64,000 bases of DNA from Nageia nagi (taxonomy: Eukaryota; Plantae; Pinophyta): the NCBI GenBank assembly GCA_050084985.1, contig JBITNC010000001.1, positions 99,200,001 through 99,264,000 on the forward strand, in the 5' to 3' direction. Below are positions 1 to 10,698 of the stretch, piece after piece. Numbering within the stretch: the stretch's first letter is position 1; the number at the start of each line of letters is the position of its first letter. The translations under genes were made by a program, and so were the position numbers. Below the pieces are notes generated by a model. It was not told the origin of the DNA and made no database searches. It worked only from the letters and a program-made list of their open reading frames with translations.

Positions 1-756
1 AATTGTTATAATTGAAATAATAATCATTAATTTTATTTATAAATAATTAAATTAATCAATTAACTATGAAATAAAGTAAAATCAATTACATGAAAGATAA
101 AAATGACCTAATTAACCTTGGCATATTAAAATTGGATTTATAAAAGATACAAACATGTACTTTACCTATGATGGTGAATGGAGAAGAAATCCAATTGAAA
201 TAGGATGAATGATTAGATTCCCAAAAATATGGAGTCACAAATCTGACCTCAACCTAGCACTAGTGCTAAAAACCCAATGATATCTTCCAGTTACTATTCT
301 AGAATACCTCAACCTTTCACTTGATGTTGTTGTCCCACCTTTGATGTATGGAATCTCACTCATGAAGGGATAAAATATTGTAGGAATACAAAGCTCAAAG
401 TATAACAAAATCCAAAGATGATAAGTGACATTGAGAAACACTGGTCAAGATTCAAGGAAATGCATAATGGTGATTTATAATAAATTCATGATTTTTAAGG
501 ATTTTTATTTTTTTAATTTGCTATTTCTGGGTCCATCAGGCTAGGCCATGGTAGCCTAAGTTTTTTGGGTTTATTTTTTTTCTTGGTCAGTTAGCTAAAA
601 TTTTATATATTTGATGTATATTTTATATAAATTAGCTAAGTATACCCCTTGCCAAATTTGAATCAAGTTGTTTATATTTTATAGATTATTTTATTTTAGA
701 TAAGCAAATCATCACCTAGTACCAGATCCTCTAAGAAAGAAATGTGGATTTGGAAT

Positions 757-1150
757 ATGCTCAACTTCTCCCTACATATGCTCAGTTTCTCCTTGAAGAC
801 ATTTGAATTCTCCTTGTAAATGCTTGACTTCTCCTTGTAAATGCTTGACTTCTCCCTATTCATGCTCAAATTCTCCTTGTAGATGCTCAAATTCTCCCTA
901 TAGATGCTTGACTTCTCCCTAAATATGCTTGACTTCTCCTTGAAGACTCTCAACTTCTCCTTGCAAATGCTCAACTTCTCCTTGTAGACTCTTGACTTCT
1001 CCCTACATACATTTGACTTCTCCTTGAATATGCTCAACTTATCCCTAAACATTCTTGAATTCTCTTTACAAATGCTTGACTTCTCCCTATAGATGCTTGA
1101 TTTCTCTCTATAGACACTCAACTTCTCCTAGAAGAAACTTGACTCCATTG
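757..1150. repeat. 21-bp tandem array, ~18 copies, consensus ~atgcttgacttctccttgtag
   Basis: Units are directly readable (atgctcaacttctccctacat / atgcttgacttctccttgtaa / atgctcaaattctccttgtag ...). The array produces the heptad-periodic ORF 696..1121. Confidence 0.95.
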
Positions 1151-1622
1151 TAGATATGCTTAGATAAGGTGAATTTTTTAGTACTCCTAGAATTAGTTTT
1201 TAAAAATAATTTTATAGATCTTATTGTTAGCATTCATATTATTTTTGATAGGTTAAATTACATCAAATGTTGCCTAGAGGAAAGGCCAAAATTTTGTTGC
1301 AAAAAGGTTAATTAACTTGTTAAATCAATCTTAGGCATCAATGCAACCACATCCCTTAGGTACATAACTAATATGTCTTCTTCATATAAGGTTTGAAATT
1401 GTGAGTTTAAAATCTTAAATTTCAATTTTATATTAATGCAAAAAATATTACAAATATTAAATATCAATAACCTGGAAATGATAATTGCTAAATTCAAGGT
1501 TCCCTACTAATCTATGTTTTCTAAGACTATTTTAATTTTGAAATTATGAATGTTTTATCTGAATTTAATAGACTACTTATTAATGTAGAAAATCTACAAA
1601 TCCTAAACCTCATCAACATGAA

Positions 1623-4078
1623 ATGGAAGATATTTCTAATGATGAAATGTTCAAATCTCTTGTTGGTTAGTACATGAATGACATTCTAAGTTTGAAATCT
1701 ATCAAAATTGGGGTGGAAAATACTCCAAACAATGAATATAAAAAAGACCCACATACTCCATGTAGTTCATAGTATTATAAGAGAATCAGGCAAAGTGACA
1801 ACAAGTGGAATATTGGAAGATCATTTCAAGATGAATGGTCTTCCAAATATGAATTTATTGAACCAGTATGGTAAAAAAATAATAATAACCCAATAACAGA
1901 GTGTCGATGTGTTTCTTGTTCATGAAAATTAGGTAGAGAATGTAAAATGCAACTTAAAAATGATATAGTTGAAAAACATTGTGGAAAAATTTATATTCAA
2001 GTAAAAGATAAAGATAGAAATACTAAAACATAGAGAAAAGAAAGGGATTCTTCAACTTGTAACATAAAATATATTATGATGAATGGATTGAATTCCAAAA
2101 GTGATAAAAGGCCCTTAAAGAGATAGGAGGAACCATAACTACACAATTTTGGTTTCTAATGCCTTGCAATTTTATGTGATTTTTAAAAATTTTAAAAAGG
2201 GGAAACCTATGATTGATTTTATTAATTACAAGACCTTATTTAAGATTGCAAATATTCAAAACCTTTCGAATGCTCATTGGTTAGATAGAAGTATTTGGAA
2301 GATGTAAAAATGCTTGGTTCTAGTAGAAATTGATGATCTTAAACAAAAAGTAAAAAAAGAAAAATTCATTTCATCATCCTTTAATGAGGTTACTATTGTT
2401 GATAACACTTCTTTGATATGCATGCATGTTTACACATTTGATGGTCATTTGAGACAAACACATCAGCTCAAACTTCATAAAATTGTAATGTAGAGAATCT
2501 TTACAATCTTGTTAATAAGATTTTGAAAGAAGTTGCTAATATGGATGATTTTGAAATAATGATGAAGTTAATTTGTGTAGGAGCTGATCTTCCTATTGTA
2601 ATGCAAGTGTAGAGAAATGGTCTTTTTATAAAAATTCAAACAATAGTAGCCCCATACTTAATTCCCATTCACTACATGGAACATAAATTAAATCTTACAA
2701 GATTGTTAGTATACATGATGATGTTGCATAAGTTGAAAATTTAATTCATGAACATTATTTCTATTTTATGAATAGTTCCAAAAGATTTGCAAAGTTTCAA
2801 GAGTTTGCAACTGGTATTATATATGGTAATTAGATGCTAAAGGATACAAATACAAGATGGATTTCAATGTATAAGCCTACTGAAAGAGTGTTTAAAAGTA
2901 TCCATCTCTTATAGGGTTTATGTACAAAAATAGAAGAGAAGTAGATAGAGCTAAATATGTGCTTTTTTGCATGAGAAATTATACACTTTACTTATGCTAT
3001 GTGGTATTTTACCTATGTTATATAAAATGAACCTTCTAATAAAACTAGCTCAAGATAGCCATATTCATATTATTGATTTGTTCAGATGAGAAAATAGACC
3101 TGCTTATGGATTGATAGGTTGTATGAGAGTAATTTTTTCAATCCATTATTTGAAGATTGGAAAGTACTTACAAATTATAGAGATTCAAATAGTTTTTAAA
3201 ATTCAATATTACATGATATTTGTGTATATATGTTCATGGAAAATAAATACCTATGTATTATTACAAAAGATGTATGGACTACCCAAGAGAGGAACTTCAT
3301 AAAGTACATAATACAATGAATAGATTTGATTTGGCCATTAGTAACATAAGAAACAAATTAAGAAGCATATCACATACATTGACAAGTGAACTAAGAGAAA
3401 GGTTTTACAAAGATGATCTCATTGAGGTAATGGTCATTGTAAATCTATTATTCTGAGATTATGTTTCAAACTATAGTTCAACAAGCTAATCATTTACTAA
3501 ACACATTGGTGTTCTTATTAATCATTTTTCCAAAGAGGTTGAGATTAATGGAATGAAGATATCAAGTATTTTGAGTAAAATATTGTTGATTAAAAAATCA
3601 TGATTCTTTGGAAGTACCATGGTTGACTAATATCCAAAAGCCAATAGATCCATCAAAAATAGGTGCAATTATATGCTTATGAAAGAAATTGTATCCTAGT
3701 AGTATTTTACAAAAATCAATGGGTGAGTACTTTCATTTATATGAACTATGTCAAAAAATGATTATGGGATTAGTGGAAGATGAGAGAGTGTTTAGTGCAT
3801 TATCTTTTATGAAAAATAAACTTCAAAATAGGTTGGATAAAAACCTAGAGCACTATCTATGATTATATGTCTCTTCTTATGATATTGATAAGTTTCCATA
3901 TGATAGAGCTATGTCATACTGAAAATTGTTAACAGATAGAAGAAATGTCAATAAGAAAAATGAAGATGATGATCAAAATGATGAAGATAAGGTTATGGAG
4001 GTGCCTCAAAATTCAAATACGCATAGAAATATTATGGATTAGCCAATCAAGAATTTATTTCAAATTCATGAAATATGA
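1623..4078 (+). pseudogene. hAT-superfamily (ZNF862-like) DDE transposase, disrupted by stops and frameshifts
   Basis: Manual translation shows, in hAT order: N-terminal RSFQDEWSSKY..CRCVSC..KH zinc-finger-like region; GKPMIDF; HWLD (~2275); FISSSFNEVT (~2370-2395, first catalytic D region); GADL (~2580); APYLIPIHYMEHKLNL (degenerate CxxH, ~2670); TRWISM (~2852); GLVEDERVFSALSFMKNKLQNRL (~3770-3835, catalytic E / hAT dimerisation region). Confidence 0.88.
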
Positions 4079-4684
4079 TCTAAGTTTTGTATAGTTTTTA
4101 CATTTATCATTTCTGATTTAATTGGTATATTTATATACTATATTCAATGCTAGTCCATATTGAGCCAATATTTTCATTTCTAATTTAATTAGCAGTATTT
4201 AAATTTGTCATTTCTAATTTAATTAGTATTATTAAATATTTTCATAAATTTTGTTTTTTGTGGGATGGTAATATTTATGGACTTTCAAATAAAAAAGATA
4301 TTTTTGAAAATTATTTTGTACAATTTTATCTATGAAATATCAATTGTCAATACTATTTTACATGTTTTTACATATGTGTTTTATGATTTAATGCTATGCT
4401 TGTTACATATGTTTGAAATTGTTTCAAATTATATAAATCCAATAATAACCAAAGCAAATGAGTGTAAACAACAAGTAGATAAGCATTTGCAACAAGCACC
4501 TCTTTTATATGATTGCCAACATTATAAAACATCATACCATAGATTTAATTGCAAACATTTTAAACCATCATACAATATTCAAACATAATAAACCATATAT
4601 ATATAATTGTTCAACTGTATTCATTTACAAATTGTCCATTTTGATTCATTTATAAAAAAAATAGTTCAACTTAAAATACATCAA

Positions 4685-7358
4685 ATCTAATTTTCAATGT
4701 CCATTATTTCCTCTATGATTTCCTAGCCTTCTCCACCCTATAACATGACCTTTTCCTTATCTTTCATAACCAATGTGGTTTTTCTTGTGCCCTATAATTC
4801 AGTAGCTCTAACCACACCCCCAATAGTTGATTTGAGATTGGTTAATAATAATTTTTATTTTCTAGCTGTATATTAAACATCAATATCAGTTTGGGTTTTA
4901 GAAAGCTTTTTTATATAATATTTCTGAATCTAACCCATTTTTCTTGATGATTATTCTTAATATGTTGTTATCCTTGATTCTATTCTTGAGTTTGTCTTTC
5001 AAAATAATGTTATGCTTGATGCTTTTTTGATCCTTGTCCAGTTGTACAACATAATTATTCATCTACTTGAGTAAATTTTCATAATTGGCCTATGGAATAA
5101 GATTACTGATCTTAGAAAAATATTTTTCAAATATTATAAAAAATATAATACATGAAAAATAATAATACCTTTTCAATTACCTTCTTTGCCTCTCCTATTT
5201 CCACTTTCCATTTGTACAGACTCTATTGGTTGAAGTATTCTTGGGCTTTATCATTTAGATTCTCCAATTTGCAAAGGATAAGGTCCAAGTCATTGTGGTT
5301 TTATGGGATGGTGATTTTTTTTAATTTAAAATTGCCTATTGAAATAAAGCATCCAACTTTTTAGGTTCATTTTCAATTTTAGAAAACAAATGTTCCCTCT
5401 TGCCAAAGTTAGGATATCAAACCAATATTTCTTTAAACTAAACTTTAGCTCGCACTTCCCACATCCTTGCCACATAAATTTCCTTCAACATTGAATTTTT
5501 AGCTATTTTATCCAAATTAGTTGTTATCAAACTAGTTAATTCAAAAAATATACATTGCTTCTCTGTTAAAATTTGGCCATCTTCTAAGGGTCCACCTACA
5601 CCTAATGCAGGTGTTGTTGAAGTAGGAGTAGGAGTTATTGAAGTGGATGGAGGAGTAATACCAATAACAATAGATGTAACTTTCACCTCTCCTATTTCTC
5701 ATCTTTGAAGGATATCAATTGGATTGTATGTTAACAAATCCATTCCCTATAGAAGAAAATCTTCATCTAGGAATGACTCACAAAGGGTGTTCCTACCCAA
5801 AGCAAGAGAGATCCCACTAAGAGATAGACTTGGAATATCTAGAATATGTGGGGATGATGCAAGCAGGACATTATTGTGAGAGATAATGTGCCTTCAATTT
5901 CTAGTGCTTGCACTTGGTGATGATAATATATTAAGCCTAATATTCTTTTAGCTTTATTGTACTTATCCTATCATTTGTACTTGAGGATGAGGGAATGCAA
6001 AACAAAAAGAAATAACATCTATTATAAACATTTAACATAAAAAAATCTTGGATTTTCACATGTTATATGAAGATATTAAGATAACTTCATGATGTGGCTA
6101 TTGTGTTTATTGTTATTGTTGTTATTGTTATTGTTGTTATTGCTATGGTTTCTCTTTCTATTGCACTTCTTCTTTAATATCATTCTTTACTAAGAATGTG
6201 TAGAAGATCATGCAACATGAAATGATGCAAAAGGTATCTCTTCATCTTCCAAAACTATAGTTGTTTTCCTCGTATTGTTATTTTTCTTGATTAAAGTACT
6301 AGAAGGAAGAGGGCCTATGGAATTTGAATCTCCATAATCCTCTTACTGATGACCTTGAAGATTGGCACTTCATCATGAAGTAATAAAGTCTACTCATTCT
6401 TGCAAATAAATAATATGTCAAATTCTCAATTCTAATTTCCAATAACAAATACGAAACTAAAACACTCCATAACCCATAATACTTTCAATTCTTCTTTGAT
6501 CAACACCAAGTCCTCAAATGCTAGATTGTAAACTATTGGACTCTTTACTTCTTTCAAATTTAAATATGCCTCATAAAAAAATGTATCTAAATAATTTATA
6601 TAGGAAACATGGTTATGAGTGGATGCTTTAGTAAGATTCTTATTAACATCATTTCTAATTCAATCTAAAATAAAAGAAGACCACTCGAATCTAGTTTTAT
6701 CATAAAGGTAATGGATAATTTAATGTAGGTCATAGAATGGAATGTTAGATGAATGCCCTTGCAAAATTATCTCTATTTGGAAAAACTTGATAATTGCTTT
6801 CAAAGATTCATTGAATACATTGGAGACTCTCAAACCCTTTCTAGAAGGGTTTCTATTGACTGTAAAAAGAATTAAATATGTTAACATGGAAATTAAATTG
6901 AATAATAATGGAAAATGAAAAAGAAAGAACTATTTGGTAAATTTACTTATTAGATATTATGTGGGGGATATGAAAAGTTTCCTCCAAGTTTTTTTTCATT
7001 GTTAGATAAAGGATTTATAGAAGAAATGGTTTCACAACCCTCGTAAGGGAGACTTGTCATTCATTTCACATTCGATGCATGAACATTTAAGGAGATTATC
7101 TGCCTACCAAATTGGATAGAAATCTCAAACCTTTGGTGATTGTAACCAAAAATAATCTAATCGAACAACTCATAGTTATCCCTAAATGTGCCCATGGTTG
7201 TAATTCCAAGCAAACTTGACTCCCCCACCCATGTCATGTCATACCCCCAACGTAAGGTAAAGCTATGAAAAATTGCTAATTAGAAGATCTTTATATAAAA
7301 ATTGCTTTGTAACAACTAGAAGATCATGGGAGGAAGAGGGTGCAAAGGATGATGCCAT
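4685..7358 (-). pseudogene. Spliced TE accessory gene (about 5 exons); N-terminal domain resembles plant-TE accessory ORFs (PMD/Transposase_32-like layout), followed by low-complexity and coiled-coil-like regions
   Basis: ATG at 7358 (MASSFAPSSSHDLLVVTKQFLYKDLLIS..WGYDMTWVGESSLLGITTMGTF). Short T-rich GT-AG introns at ~6860-6946, 6399-6482 (phase-consistent), ~6019-6085 and ~5091-5168. Exon 6483-6859 reads ~125 codons with only two stops (TAA, TGA; one C>T from CAA, CGA). ORF 5438..5686 is part of exon 4. Confidence 0.7.
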
Positions 7359-7435
7359 TCAAATATTTTATTTTTAGAAAAATATTAAAAAAGGTTTGGA
7401 AAAGTTGAAGGGATCAAAGGAAGGAAGATAGGATG

Positions 7436-7700
7436 ACTTAGAAGACATACATATTCTACATATAGAAGATGAACATCTTTTCGAGAAGATGTGCATCTTC
7501 ATAAAGGAGAATACACTCATCTTGTAAAAAGAGAAGATGCTCATATTTTGACAAAAGAGAAGAGACTCATCTTCTAACAAAAGAGAAGATGAGCATCTTA
7601 TGAAGAAGATGAATGTCTTTTGAAATGAAAAGATGAGCATATTCTAAAAAAACAAGATACACATATTCTTAGTTATGAATTCGAGCATATTCTCTATCTT
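7436..7700. repeat. Degenerate 20-26 bp tandem array with palindromic core GAAGATG-NN-CATCTTC (~11 copies)
   Basis: Examples: gaagatgaacatcttt, gaagatgtgcatcttc, gaagatgctcatattt, gaagagactcatcttc, gaagatgagcatctta, aaagatgagcatattc. Confidence 0.85.
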
Positions 7701-10649
7701 TGTAGTCAAGTATCTTATGAATATTGCACTCATTCCAATGCAAAGTATACACTCAACTTATGATATTTCATATAATTATATAGAATAATAGGATAGAAAT
7801 GATAGTGTAAGCATGTTGATTTACATTTCACACATGTCAACAAATAAGAACATTTCTATAACTAGTTAATCTGGACTAACAATTCTATTCAAGTTAATAG
7901 TTATTCAATGAATCAACACTTAGTGCAAATCATCATTCAGTGATGCATATTGAATATAGCATGGAATTCCATCTTATTTTGGGAAAGGATTCCAAATATG
8001 AAATAGATTTGATGTTGTCTATCTTCAAAATTTTTGAAATTTGTATTTGTATTCCTTTCCAAAATATGGGGGAGTCCTCTTGGTATCCGTGGGGTTCCTC
8101 TCCCCTTGGCCTTCTAACTTCCCCTTGTCGGTACTCATAGGGTAATAATTTTAGTTTGTTGTTACTAGTTAGGAAATGAATATTTTATTCTATTTTAACT
8201 ATTATGCTTGTTAAACCAATATTTCTATATTAATAGTTCAACAAGCATTTTGTTAATGAAGTTGACCTACGAGTGGGGTCCAGTCACTCGGATTCACTAG
8301 TGCAAAGAAGTGGAGAAGTAAGTATTTATATTCTCAACTCCAACCATTATCCATAAAATATTAGATACTAGTGGGAGAAATGGAGTCCATACATCCTAAA
8401 ACAAATGCTAATAATCAAGGTTGGGCCAAATGGAGTCTATCCAGGTTTAGGATCAAAAGAACCATATGTTAGCGCTCTTTTTTCTAGTTTTCACTAGGAG
8501 TAGAATTGTATGATTGTAACATCAACTTCTTTCTCTACAAACAAGTTTATATATGTTTGAAATATAAAGAAGAATATATAGATATCAATTGTTTATATAT
8601 GAAGACAATTGACTACCCTTTCTTATGCAAACTTGTCAAACATATTCTCTAAAGAATGTATAGATATCAATTGTATTCTTTTGTGGTATATTTTTTCTAG
8701 TTAAAGTATAAATTAATAAATTATACATTAATATGAAAAAATCACCTGTAATTTTTAACTTTTTTCAAAAAATGATATCAATTAGCTAAAATTTTCTAAA
8801 TCAATTTTAAATTTTTTGAAAAATAGCCATTTATTCTATGATATTTTGGGATTGAATCATCAAGATTTCAAAACCAAATTGCCACTATTTTATTTATTTC
8901 AATTCATGAAAAGTCCTATGCATAACCTTGTCAATATTGACACAAGTATATCACCATCTACCAAAGATTTAAGATTATATCATTTCATGTCATATCATTG
9001 ATCATGCATAACCTTTCCACCTTTATAGGCAACAAATCTAGTGCTAAGGCACCTCCTTAGGCTTATTGTGATGCTGACTTGACCCATTACCATAAAATAT
9101 AAAGGTAGATGAGAGTGCACATGGAAAATGATATTTATTTAATAAATTAAATAAATTATTTGGAATATCTAAAATTAAAATTCCTTTTTAGGTGTTAACA
9201 CTATCAACAATAAAATATAAGAGATAACCCTTTACCTACATCTGTGACTGAATAACTATTCCTTCCCATTTGGTTCCTATAATTAGATTCATGTAGTTGC
9301 ATATAAGGTAGAAATGGTTGCATTTGATTTAATATCCATAATTTTCTTCATTTTATCGTAAACTAATGGATGTATTAGGGGTGATGTAGTGGATTTCAAG
9401 GCTTATTTATTAGAAAATACATATTGAATTACTTAACCTTCTTCATTAAGATATTAATCAATTTTGTGGCATTCATACCATTTTTTTAATATTACACTTT
9501 TGAAGATTCTTATCTTGAATCCTTAATTTTGATCTTGTGGTTCACCTTATTTATATTATTTATTCTAATTATTATCATTACTTTTCATAGATTAGTTCTT
9601 GGTATTCTAGCTCTTATTATTATTCCTCCCATGTAGGGTCATATTCAAATTTGTCTTCCTTTTAGTTATTGTATATTTCCTACTAAAGTCTAATTGGAAA
9701 AGATGCTTTCAAAGAGGGAAAAGATGATTTTATCACCATTAGTAAAAGTATTTATAGAAAAATATAAAAAATAACTAACCCAACCAATTATCTACTTATT
9801 TAGCATCATTATTTTCTTCAAAAATGAGAATATCAGAATTCATCTAAACCTTAAAAGGTATCATGGTAGTAAAGGGTTGTATCATAAATGAAGAGTCTAA
9901 GTTTTCCATTAGAAGTTTTTGAAGAATTTGGATGAAATGATCCCACATTTCATTCTTTTGTTTCTTGAGGACTTCATTCACCAAGTCTTTAAAAGGGTCA
10001 ACTATCATCATTTTGCTAATTATAAGATATCATTTGAAAAGGTTAGGAAGATAATTAAAGGGATTATGTCTCTCAATACCAAGCTTCTTTTAGTCTAATC
10101 TTATCTTTGGGATTATAGACTCATAAGATAAACAAATTTGATACCATTATTCCAAGGAGAATAATTTTACTTAAAAAAATATATTGAGAATATAGAATTG
10201 TTTGTGGTGATAAAATAAATTTGAAATAGAAGTAGAGATACAATGAGCATTCATAAAATAATAAATTGATTTCATTAATCAAAAGTAGAGTACAATGTTA
10301 GCAATCTCTAATAAAATATGTGAGGCTACATTGTTGTATCTTATTATTTTCTATTTAGAATACATCTACTTACTTAAATTACTATTAAGAGGTGGAAGTT
10401 GTAGGTTACCATAAGTGAAAGTAATTGGTTCACCTTTAGTTAGTTACAAAATGGGCATTGAACTATTTACCCTTCCATATCTTATCCTACATGAAATTTG
10501 ACTTCATTAAAATGAACTTAGATGATTTTTATACTAACTTACTATTCTTATATAATTTTGCTTATATTTTTTTCAAATAGAATTTCATACCATTTCCATG
10601 ATTGTACATCAATAAACTTTTTAATACACTTTGAATAAATCAAATAGAG

Positions 10650-10652
10650 CTA

Positions 10653-10696
<44 letters not shown>
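10650..10696. repeat. (AT)n microsatellite
   Basis: Direct reading. Confidence 0.95.

Positions 10697-10698
<2 letters not shown>

Larger units (their letters stand above)
439..8948. mobile_element. Putative two-gene hAT-like DNA transposon (degenerate): TIR-like ends, subterminal motif arrays, transposase (+) and convergent accessory gene (-)
   Basis: The reverse complement of 438-466 (tatgcatttccttgaatcttgaccagtgt) resembles 8917-8949 (tatgcataaccttgtcaatattgacacaagtat). Related motif arrays lie at 757-1150 and 7436-7700. Two convergent pseudogenes lie between them. No TSD found, so the boundaries are tentative. Confidence 0.55.

Noticed and set aside
696-1121. 141-aa heptad ORF (REKSSIY repeats), or the alternative LQGEVEH coiled-coil frame
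   Set aside because: The periodicity is a by-product of the 21-bp repeat. The sister array at 7436-7700 has 20-26 bp units that do not preserve frame, which argues for a DNA-level function.
757-1150. CRISPR-like array
   Set aside because: The units are contiguous with no unique spacers, there are no cas genes, and the context is eukaryotic TE DNA.
8060-8470. GC-richer patch that might be a small MITE or SINE insertion
   Set aside because: No TIRs, TSD or A/B boxes could be defined.
9400-10560. Possible decayed LINE or other coding relic on the minus strand
   Set aside because: No diagnostic motif could be read with confidence.
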